DNA from: a virus | Lineage: Duplodnaviria; Heunggongvirae; Uroviricota; Caudoviricetes | IMG/VR virus record: IMGVR_UViG_3300029305_002265 | Direction: 5' to 3' (one strand) | DNA length: 64,000 nt | Shown: in pieces, positions 1 through 7,151 of the stretch | How the letters are laid out: the number at the start of each line of letters is the position of its first letter | Position numbering within the stretch: the stretch's first letter is position 1 | The notes under the pieces: generated by a model | What the model was told of the DNA's origin: nothing | Databases searched by the model: none | What the model saw: the letters and a program-made list of their open reading frames with translations, nothing else | Position numbers and translations under genes: made by a program

Positions 1-2
1 AG

Positions 3-830
3 GGCGTTGTTGCTCGTCCTGTTCCTAAGGAGTGGCTTAATGCAAGAATGTTCAAACCTGAGGAAGATGATGACGACGATATTCTTCAGGATAAACAAAT
101 TAATGCCAATATCGCCGCAGAGATTAAACCTTGGTTCTTTATTTATAGATATTCTCAGCTTAAATCAGAACTGGATAAGTATATGAAGGCAGTTAAGTCA
201 AATTGTAAAATTAGATTTGGTAAGAGTTTGGATGGTCTGTATGCTTGCGAAAACAGAACCGAAGAAGAAGAGGTTTTCTTATATCACTATGAAAAGTATC
301 TTCCAGTTAGCAGGGCTCCTGGAACAATGAATCGTATTTGTTGGAAAATTGAAGATGCATTTTGCACTACGGATGTTCTTCCGAATGTTGATTTTGATAA
401 ATCTATTTTAAAGAGTGAAGCTGAATATACTCAAGATGAATATGAACAGGTTCAACAGTTATACGACGAGTATAACAAGGGTATACAGCTGTTCTTAAAG
501 AAACAAAATCAAAATGATCTTGGCGATGATGAAGTCGGCTTTGACATTGTGCATCTCAAAGATGTTTTCATAGATGAATGTAGTAAGGTATGTCCAAATG
601 TGGAGGTATTGTCTAATATCGTTGTGGACTTGTGTTACACTTCTAATAAAAATAAAACTTTTGCATGGGATGTTGCAGGCGAGCAGATTTTCAATAATGT
701 TTTGAAGAACAGCGGATATTATATAACATATCCAGTTAAAGATGAGAATGGAGATATTGAGTTTGGTGGAAAGAAATTTTCTTTGTATACACAACAGATA
801 GGTGGTGATTTAGATGTTGATTTTGAATGA
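3..830 (+). CDS. C-terminal fragment of a probable YonO-like single-subunit RNA polymerase (5' truncated by window edge)
   Basis: Frame is open from position 3 (GVVARPVPKEWLNARMFKP...), upstream of the ATG at 48. The RPVPKEW and KPWFFIYRY segments and the position ahead of an SPbeta-like late module resemble YonO-type RNAP C-termini. The catalytic DxDGD motif is not in the window. Confidence 0.55.
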   Translation, partial: GVVARPVPKEWLNARMFKPEEDDDDDILQDKQINANIAAEIKPWFFIYRYSQLKSELDKYMKAVKSNCKIRFGKSLDGLYACENRTEEEEVFLYHYEKYLPVSRAPGTMNRICWKIEDAFCTTDVLPNVDFDKSILKSEAEYTQDEYEQVQQLYDEYNKGIQLFLKKQNQNDLGDDEVGFDIVHLKDVFIDECSKVCPNVEVLSNIVVDLCYTSNKNKTFAWDVAGEQIFNNVLKNSGYYITYPVKDENGDIEFGGKKFSLYTQQIGGDLDVDFE

Positions 831-1608
831 AGAGAAATATGCAAAAGATTTGTATGACGGCAAAAACCAAGATGTTAAATCTATTATGGCTAAAATTAGA
901 TATGTTACTAGATATTTGGTGCACTCTAAGTTAAAAGGCGATGATGATGCCTACAAAGAAACTGTAAAATGGTTAAGGCAGTATCATAATAACTTTGATG
1001 AAAGTAGTTATTCTAATATTATTTCGGACGCCATTAAAGTGGCGGAAAAATATCCCTTTTATATCATCGACAACATCAAAATTGCTCAGTCTGAGTTAGA
1101 GGCCATATCTTCTCTCGATAATTTGAGGGCAGAAAAGATTTTGTTTGTGCTTTTATGTATGGCGAAGCAACAAAGTATGGCTAATGGTTTCACGAATGGA
1201 CTTGTTAAATATTCAATTACTGACTTATGTAAGGCCGCCCGTGTGTCTGTACCCGCAGATGATAGAGAATATATTTTGTATGAAATTGTACAAAAGGGGC
1301 TTCTCGGTTATCCAAAGAAAAATAACACACAATGTTTAATTGTGAATTTTATTAATACGGATGAAATAGTATTGGAACTCGATGAAGATGACTGTCGGGA
1401 ACTTGCGTATGTTTATTTAAACTGGAAGAATGATGGTAAGGGCTATACGAAGTGTCAAAGATGCAATCGATGGATGAAACAAAGTAAAACGAAACCTAAA
1501 AAGTATTGTGAAGATTGTGCTAAGGAATCTGAGCGTGAGCATACTAGAGAGCGTGTTAGGCGTTACAGAGAAAAATGTAACGGTAATTCAACACAACAAA
1601 ATGATTGA
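814..1608 (+). CDS. Hypothetical protein with C-terminal zinc finger
   Basis: 264-aa ORF overlapping the upstream stop; CQRC...CEDC near the C-terminus. Confidence 0.75.
   Translation: MLILNEEKYAKDLYDGKNQDVKSIMAKIRYVTRYLVHSKLKGDDDAYKETVKWLRQYHNNFDESSYSNIISDAIKVAEKYPFYIIDNIKIAQSELEAISSLDNLRAEKILFVLLCMAKQQSMANGFTNGLVKYSITDLCKAARVSVPADDREYILYEIVQKGLLGYPKKNNTQCLIVNFINTDEIVLELDEDDCRELAYVYLNWKNDGKGYTKCQRCNRWMKQSKTKPKKYCEDCAKESEREHTRERVRRYREKCNGNSTQQND
1596..1606 (+). promoter_or_regulatory. ACAAAATGATT motif copy
   Basis: Exact 11-mer at gene end, upstream of the clpP-like gene; recurs at least 7 times in the window. Confidence 0.5.
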
Positions 1609-1736
1609 AAAACCATAGGAAAATGCTTGGGAAATATCGAGTCGCTTAAAAAATGGTCGAGATTTTCTTAACTGATATAGGATTGCACTAGCATTTCCCT
1701 ATATCAAATCTTAGCAGAAATAAAAGGAGAAAATTT

Positions 1737-2360
1737 ATGGAAGAACTTGAAAATGTATTACTTTCAATCCCAACCTCAGTAGCAAACCTTCAGCTACCTG
1801 ATCCTAGTCTTAGAGATCATTATTTAGACGAGCAAGATAGGATTTACTGGCTAGACACACAGATTGACGACTCTACTCTTGAACTTGTGAAATATATTTT
1901 CAGATGTAACAAAGAAGATATGGGCAAACCTATTGCGGAGAGAAAGAGAATTTTAGTTATGATCGATAGTCCTGGTGGTTCCGTAGAGGTACTTGCCTCA
2001 CTTATTGGTGCTACTAAAAACAGTAAGACACCGATTTGGACTTGCTGCTACTGTACGGCTTATTCGGCTGCCGCAGACTATTTGGCTTGTGGACATAAAA
2101 GATTTGCATTTCCTATGACTAATATGATGTTCCATGCCGGTTCGGCTTGTTATCAGGGATCTCAGAATGACATTAATAGCGCCAAAAAGTTCTTTGATGG
2201 TATGAGTAAGAGAATCACGACAGAAGTGACTTCAAGAACAAAGTTTGATAACAAGTTCCTGAAAAAACTCAAAACAGATGATATTTATATGAATGAGGAA
2301 GAAGCGCTAAAGTATGGCGTAATCGATGAGATTGTGACCGACTTTGATGTTCTTTGTTGA
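1737..2360 (+). CDS. clpP: ClpP-like serine protease
   Basis: IDSPGGSV, AYSAAA (catalytic Ser), MFH (His) and DIYMNEEEALKYGVIDEI motifs; AAGGAG RBS. Confidence 0.9.
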   Translation: MEELENVLLSIPTSVANLQLPDPSLRDHYLDEQDRIYWLDTQIDDSTLELVKYIFRCNKEDMGKPIAERKRILVMIDSPGGSVEVLASLIGATKNSKTPIWTCCYCTAYSAAADYLACGHKRFAFPMTNMMFHAGSACYQGSQNDINSAKKFFDGMSKRITTEVTSRTKFDNKFLKKLKTDDIYMNEEEALKYGVIDEIVTDFDVLC

Positions 2361-2374
2361 TTGGAGAGAAAATA

Positions 2375-3802
2375 ATGGCAAAGTCCAAAAGCAAAATTCA
2401 GATTAACTTTATAGGAGAGGCAGCAGACGACGTAACTGGAAGTTGTATTCACATCCAGACTTCTAACAGACAAATTCTTTTGGAGTGTGGCTTATTTCAA
2501 TCGTGTGGCAGTACACTCGAAAATTACAAAATTAATAACAAGCACTTTGAATTTAAACCAAAAGAAATAGATTATGTGTTTGTGATGCATTGTCATGCCG
2601 ATCATCTTTGTTTATCTCCTAAACTATATGGGCAAGGTTGTCAGGCACAAATCATCGCTCCCAATGGAACAAAGCCTATTTCCGAAATATTATTAAAGGA
2701 TTCGGCGCGTATTATGGAAGCTGATGCTTTAGAATTATCAAGTAAGTTCAAAAGAGATTATGCTCCCATATATACAGAGAGTGAAGTTGGACAATGCTTA
2801 AAGCATTATACTGAATATCCAATTGGTGAGATAATTCAGTTGGATGAGTATATAAAATTTAGATTTATTCCTTCTGGGCACATACTAAATAGTGCCCAGT
2901 TGGAACTTTGGATTACTGAGGGCAATGTAACCAAGAAGATTGGTTACACAAGCGACCTTGGTAACATCCATATTAAGAAATATTATACTAATAAATTTGA
3001 ACCAATTACGAAGTGTGATGTATTGATTGGAGAAACGACATATGCTCGTGAGGAACGTATTGCCAATCAAAAAATGCGCAACAAGGATTTGGAAAAATTA
3101 GAGACTGTTATTAGACAGACTTGCATAGAAAATGACGCGAGAATATTGATTCCTGTATTTGCGAATGACAGATGTCAGAATATGTTGACATATATTTATG
3201 ACTTATTCCATAACGATGAGGACTTTGATATTCCTATTTTAATCGACTCGCCTATGGCCACTAGAGTATGCAATGCATATACCGAATTACTTGATGGCGA
3301 TGAAGCTAAAAAGTGGAAAGAAGTTTTAACGTGGAAGAATATTCACTTTGTTGAAAGTTCAATAGAAAGCCGAGAATGGCGAGATAGCAAACGACCCGTG
3401 GTTGTACTTGCTAGTAGCGGAATGATGGTTAGAGGCCGTAGTACGGGTTGGGCCCATAGCATGTTACCTCGAACGAATGACAGAATTGTATTCTGTGGTT
3501 TTACGGCAGATAATTCATTGGCATCCATTATTAAAGAGGGCAAGCAGAAAACTATTACTATTTCTGGGCATAGGGTAAAAAACAAATGTCAGGTAACAGA
3601 TTTGCATAGCTTTTCGAGTCATATGCAGAGAGATAGTTTACTTAAAACATATGGGGCAACTGAGTGTGAAAAAATCGTGCTAGTGCATGGTGAAATGAAC
3701 GGCAAGATTGGGTTTGCAAAAGAACTGCAGGAAGAAATAAGTAAAAATAACAATACAAGCAAAGTGATAATTGCAAACAAGGGATATGTGTTGTCACTTT
3801 AA
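2375..3802 (+). CDS. Metallo-beta-lactamase fold, beta-CASP family nuclease
   Basis: HCHADH (HxHxDH), SGHIL, TSDLG, GETTY, FSSH and VHGE motifs. Start moved to ATG 2375 behind the GGAG RBS. Confidence 0.9.
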   Translation: MAKSKSKIQINFIGEAADDVTGSCIHIQTSNRQILLECGLFQSCGSTLENYKINNKHFEFKPKEIDYVFVMHCHADHLCLSPKLYGQGCQAQIIAPNGTKPISEILLKDSARIMEADALELSSKFKRDYAPIYTESEVGQCLKHYTEYPIGEIIQLDEYIKFRFIPSGHILNSAQLELWITEGNVTKKIGYTSDLGNIHIKKYYTNKFEPITKCDVLIGETTYAREERIANQKMRNKDLEKLETVIRQTCIENDARILIPVFANDRCQNMLTYIYDLFHNDEDFDIPILIDSPMATRVCNAYTELLDGDEAKKWKEVLTWKNIHFVESSIESREWRDSKRPVVVLASSGMMVRGRSTGWAHSMLPRTNDRIVFCGFTADNSLASIIKEGKQKTITISGHRVKNKCQVTDLHSFSSHMQRDSLLKTYGATECEKIVLVHGEMNGKIGFAKELQEEISKNNNTSKVIIANKGYVLSL

Positions 3803-3829
3803 TAAACAGAATATTAAGGAGAAAAGATT

Positions 3830-4000
3830 ATGGCAAGAAAGAAGTCTAATATTGAAATAGTTCTCGTTTGCGACCAGTGTGGTAAACAGCCTCCTGTGGA
3901 CGAGGAACAAAGCAACGAAAATTGGGTTGTTTACAAAGTTTCCACTCCTTGTGAATGTGGCGGACACTGGACCCATCAAATAGTTGAAGTAAATGATTAA
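3830..4000 (+). CDS. Small zinc-ribbon protein (56 aa, missed by ORF track)
   Basis: AAGGAG RBS, ATG 3830, MARKKSNIEIVLVCDQCG...PCECGGHW, TAA at 4000. Confidence 0.75.
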   Translation: MARKKSNIEIVLVCDQCGKQPPVDEEQSNENWVVYKVSTPCECGGHWTHQIVEVND

Positions 4001-4017
4001 ACAAAGGAGAAAAGATT

Positions 4018-4248
4018 ATGGCTGACATTAAGTATAATTACAAGTTGAACATCAAGGGTGTCCTTTCGGTTGAGGGAGACAGAATTATCGTTTCAGTCGA
4101 GGATGATGTAGATTATAATCTCGCCGCACTTTGCAGAGATTTTGATGGCAAACTTTGTAAGATTGGTGTTGCTTATGAAGAGGAATACAGTGCTTCTGAT
4201 GTTGATGATGAAATTGAAATCGACGAGGAAACTGGCGAAGTAATTTAA
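4018..4248 (+). CDS. YonK-like small acidic protein
   Basis: 76 aa with a KLNIKG...L...FDGK...I pattern recalling SPbeta YonK; syntenic position; good RBS. Confidence 0.6.
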   Translation: MADIKYNYKLNIKGVLSVEGDRIIVSVEDDVDYNLAALCRDFDGKLCKIGVAYEEEYSASDVDDEIEIDEETGEVI

Positions 4249-4319
4249 GATACACAGTTATGGCTATCTTGGCGGATAGTCGGTATATAAGGGTTGTGGG
4301 TTACCCTAAACCCACATTT

Positions 4320-4394
4320 GGGAGATTAGCCTAGTGGTTTAGGCAGCGGACTGTTAATCCGCCTAGAGATGTTCAATCCATCTATCTCCCGCCA
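4320..4394 (+). tRNA. tRNA-Asn(GTT)
   Basis: GGGAGAT/ATCTCCC acceptor, GCGGA-CT-GTT-AA-TCCGC anticodon arm, TTCAATC T-loop, encoded CCA. Confidence 0.93.
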
Positions 4395-4398
4395 TTAT

Positions 4399-4474
4399 GG
4401 GGTTATAATTCAATTGGGAGAGTGCTACCCTTGCAAGGTAGAAGTTATGGGTTCAAGTCCCATTAGCTCCACCA
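4399..4474 (+). tRNA. tRNA-Ala(TGC)
   Basis: GGGGTTA/TAGCTCC acceptor with G3:U70, CTACC-CT-TGC-AA-GGTAG anticodon arm, CCA. Confidence 0.95.
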
Positions 4475-4552
4475 GGTAGCCAGTGTGAATGCAGGATTGG
4501 CTCTGCAGTGCGGCAACGGGGAGAGGCGCACTTAAATATCCCCTTTCCACCA
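4475..4552 (+). ncRNA. Candidate tRNA-sized structured RNA (hairpin plus pseudoknot) ending in ACCA
   Basis: 78 nt between tRNA-Ala and tRNA-Asp. Stems: AGCCAGT/ATTGGCT, AGTGCG/CGCACT, GGAGAGG/CCTTTCC. Does not form a cloverleaf. Confidence 0.4.
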
Positions 4553-4555
4553 TAT

Positions 4556-4632
4556 GGCTCCGTAGCTCAGTTGGTTAGAGCGCTAGCCTGTCACGCTATA
4601 GGTCAGGGGTTCGAGTCCCCTCGGAGTCGCCA
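4556..4632 (+). tRNA. tRNA-Asp(GTC)
   Basis: GGCTCCG/CGGAGTC acceptor, TAGC-CT-GTC-AC-GCTA anticodon arm, GGTTCGAGTCC T-arm, CCA. Confidence 0.95.
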
Positions 4633-4637
4633 TTTAT

Positions 4638-4720
4638 CGGAGGGCGGCGAAGTCGGAGAGTCGCGGCGGACTGTAAATCCGTTCCCTCTGGGTGAGTGGG
4701 TTCGACTCCCACCCCTCCGA
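4638..4720 (+). tRNA. tRNA-Tyr(GTA), C1:G72, no encoded CCA
   Basis: CGGAGGG/CCCTCCG acceptor, A73, GCGGA-CT-GTA-AA-TCCGT anticodon arm, long variable arm; followed by CCG. Confidence 0.92.
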
Positions 4721-4728
4721 CCGAATAT

Positions 4729-4802
4729 GGGTTGCTAGGCTAATGGTAAACCGGCAGGTTGTGGCCCTGCTCTTTCGTGTTCGATTCACGGGCTTCCCTC
4801 CA
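4729..4802 (+). tRNA. tRNA-His(GTG), atypical
   Basis: GCAGG-TT-GTG-GC-CCTGC anticodon arm, TTCGATT T-loop, CCA. Acceptor GGGTTGC/GCTTCCC has two U:U mismatches; U73; no G-1. Confidence 0.8.
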
Positions 4803-4810
4803 ATTTATAT

Positions 4811-4886
4811 GCTGGTGTGGCGCAATTGGTAGCGCAGCAGCCTTGTAATCTGCAGGTTCTCGGTTCGAGTCCGAGCATCAGCTCCA
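4811..4886 (+). tRNA. tRNA-Thr(TGT)
   Basis: GCTGGTG/CATCAGC acceptor, CT-TGT-AA loop, GGTTCGAGTCC T-arm, CCA. Confidence 0.95.
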
Positions 4887-4889
4887 TAT

Positions 4890-4968
4890 CGCAGGATAGT
4901 GTAATTGGCAACACGCTAGGCTCATAACCTGGAATTTATCTGAGGTTCGAATCCTCCTCCTGCAACCA
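4890..4968 (+). tRNA. tRNA-Met(CAT), initiator type
   Basis: C1xA72 mismatch (CGCAGGA/TCCTGCA), CTAGG-CT-CAT-AA-CCTGG anticodon arm, CCA. Confidence 0.88.
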
Positions 4969-5037
4969 AGTGATCGCGTTATGGAAACTTGCGAAGCCCA
5001 TAACCATAGGAGGTTCTGCGGAGCCTCCTATTATTAT

Positions 5038-5113
5038 CTCTCATTAGCTCAACGGATAGAGCATCTGGCTTCGAACCAGAGGGTTGCGCGTTCGAATCGT
5101 GCATGTGAGACCA
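5038..5113 (+). tRNA. tRNA-Arg(TCG)
   Basis: CTCTCAT/ATGTGAG acceptor, TCTGG-CT-TCG-AA-CCAGA anticodon arm, CCA. Confidence 0.93.
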
Positions 5114-5143
5114 TATAAAATAATAAGAAAAGGAGAAAAGATT

Positions 5144-5464
5144 ATGACAATTACTAGAGAAGAAATGGTAAGAAAACTTTCAGCGAAAAGTGGATATAAC
5201 ATGAAGGACATACGTGAAGTGTTGCGCTGTATGGACGATGTTGTTTTCGAAGAACTTTGTGAAGTGGATGACGACAATGATGTGTCGATACAATTGGTGC
5301 AAGGGATTAAAGTAAAAGCGGCGGTTGTACCTGAAAGAGACAGAGTAGATCCCCGCACACAGCAACCAATAGTGGTAAAGGCTACCGTAAAACCTGCTTG
5401 TAAGTTTAGCCAGGATTATAGGATTAAACTTCAGGAAGCATATGACAATAACAAGAACGGCTAA
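5144..5464 (+). CDS. HU/IHF-like DNA-binding protein (YonN-like)
   Basis: MTITREEMVRKLSAKSG...RDRVDPRTQQPIVVKATVKPACKFS is HU-fold. True start is ATG 5144; the track start lies inside tRNA-Arg. Confidence 0.9.
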   Translation: MTITREEMVRKLSAKSGYNMKDIREVLRCMDDVVFEELCEVDDDNDVSIQLVQGIKVKAAVVPERDRVDPRTQQPIVVKATVKPACKFSQDYRIKLQEAYDNNKNG

Positions 5465-5479
5465 CACCGTTCTTTTTTT
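5453..5479 (+). terminator. Intrinsic terminator
   Basis: AAGAACGG/CCGTTCTT stem followed by a T run. Confidence 0.75.
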
Positions 5480-5505
5480 AATTTAAAAGAAAGGAAAAGA
5501 GAACT

Positions 5506-6741
5506 ATGAATAATATTTTAGTACATTTACCTAACGAGACCGAGGATCAGTGTTTGTGGAGAATTGGAAAAGCTAAGGATGCCGGTACTCTAACCGAGAA
5601 TTGGCCCGAGATTGCCCTCTTCTTTAATAAGACCTTTAGAGAAGATGAGACACAGTATTACGATCCTTCAGCCTATAGAAAGAAGTACCGGAACTTTGTG
5701 ACCGCCTATGAGAGTATTTTTAGTCAGGAGAATTTTACTAATCAGCAGATACTTACATATGAGGAGCAAAAGAGAGAACTGGAGAAGGCTAAGATTAAAC
5801 TCAGAACTGAAAAATTAGAGTACAATAGATGGCTTCGTGAAGAGGCGAGAGATGAACTTATTTGTGAGAGAATTGTAGAGGCAATCAGAGAACTTCCTCC
5901 TCTTGAGGTTCCTGAAATTTTACCGGCGCATATTGCAGGTAGGATTCATAATGACAGAGAAGGATGTCTTATTTTTGCGGACACTCATTATGGCGTAGAC
6001 CTTAAGATAACTGGCTTGTTTGGAGAAACTATAAACGAATATAGTCCTGAAATTTTTGAGCAAAGAATGTGGGATCTTTTAACACAGGTAGTTGATATTT
6101 GCCAAAAGGAAGGATTTACATCTTTGAATGTGTATGATCTTGGAGATGAAGTAGACGGTATACTTAGGGTTTCTCAGTTGTGGAAGTTGAGATATGGAGT
6201 AATTGAAAGTACCGTAAGATATGGCAGATTTATTACTGAGTGGCTAAATGAATTATCCAAACATGTTTACATAAAATATCAAATGGTAAAGGATTCAAAC
6301 CATTGTCAGTTGAGGCTTTTGAATCAACCTAAGGGCACGTTTAAAGATGAAAATATGGCGTATATTATTGCCGAAAAAATTATGGACAGACTTGGAGACA
6401 ATCCTAATTTTGAATTTATTCAAAACCCCACCGGGTATGTTTTTGATAATATTCTTGGATATAATGTTTTAGGAATTCACGGCGAAGGTAAAGGACTTGA
6501 AAGCGCTATTAAGGATTTTTCGAAAACTTATGGTGTAGAGATTAGCTTCTTGGTTGGAGGTCATAAGCATCACCAGAACAGTAGTAATATTGGAATTAAA
6601 TCCGATGTTATTAGTGTGCCATCTGTGATTGGTGTAGATGATTATTCGTTATCTTTGCATAAAACATCTGATCCTGGTGCCACTTTGTTTGTTTTGGAGG
6701 CGGGCAAAGGAAAGACTATGGAGTACAATATTAAACTTTAA
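5506..6741 (+). CDS. Calcineurin-like metallophosphoesterase with N-terminal coiled coil (YonJ-like)
   Basis: ADTHYG, LGDEVDG, SNH, IHGE and GHKH metal-binding motifs. Confidence 0.85.
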   Translation: MNNILVHLPNETEDQCLWRIGKAKDAGTLTENWPEIALFFNKTFREDETQYYDPSAYRKKYRNFVTAYESIFSQENFTNQQILTYEEQKRELEKAKIKLRTEKLEYNRWLREEARDELICERIVEAIRELPPLEVPEILPAHIAGRIHNDREGCLIFADTHYGVDLKITGLFGETINEYSPEIFEQRMWDLLTQVVDICQKEGFTSLNVYDLGDEVDGILRVSQLWKLRYGVIESTVRYGRFITEWLNELSKHVYIKYQMVKDSNHCQLRLLNQPKGTFKDENMAYIIAEKIMDRLGDNPNFEFIQNPTGYVFDNILGYNVLGIHGEGKGLESAIKDFSKTYGVEISFLVGGHKHHQNSSNIGIKSDVISVPSVIGVDDYSLSLHKTSDPGATLFVLEAGKGKTMEYNIKL

Positions 6742-6746
6742 ATAAT

Positions 6747-6757
6747 ACAAAATGATT
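6747..6757 (+). promoter_or_regulatory. ACAAAATGATT motif copy
   Basis: Exact 11-mer in the intergenic gap ahead of the packaging genes. Confidence 0.5.
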
Positions 6758-6778
6758 TAGAAAGAGAGAGTAGAAATT

Positions 6779-7117
6779 ATGAATAACAAAACAAAAAAGA
6801 GTCAGTTAGTTTTCGATATGAAAGCAACAAGAAAACTCTTAAAGATGAATTCTGAAATTAAATATTGCCCTTATTGTGGCAAGGGTATCGCAGAAAATTG
6901 CGAGTGCCACAAAAACATTATCATAGATGTTAAGCCTTATAGAAATGAGCTAGGAACTATTGAGCCTGACAGAAGCGTAATGGTGTTCGATAATAATGCT
7001 AGTTTCCAGGCAGATTTCAATCAGTTGATTGAGGATGCAAAGGCAAAGAAGGAAGCAGAACAAGACGTCGAAATCGAGGTCGAATTTGATGTTGAGGTAG
7101 AAATTGACCTTGACTAA
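6779..7117 (+). CDS. Hypothetical protein with zinc ribbon
   Basis: 112 aa; CPYC...CEC; acidic tail. Confidence 0.75.
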   Translation: MNNKTKKSQLVFDMKATRKLLKMNSEIKYCPYCGKGIAENCECHKNIIIDVKPYRNELGTIEPDRSVMVFDNNASFQADFNQLIEDAKAKKEAEQDVEIEVEFDVEVEIDLD

Positions 7118-7151
7118 TTGCTTCTAAAATTTGTAGAAAGGAGTGATATCT

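Noticed and set aside
4475-5037. Theta (HDV-like), pistol or hammerhead ribozymes in the tRNA spacers
   Set aside because: The required P3/L3/P1.1 and J4/2 layout, pistol P2/P3 and hammerhead core motifs could not be built by eye; only a CACTTAAATA resemblance to pistol.
4508-5143. Track ORF 4508..4738 and the N-terminal extension 5084-5143
   Set aside because: They overlap well-formed tRNA genes.
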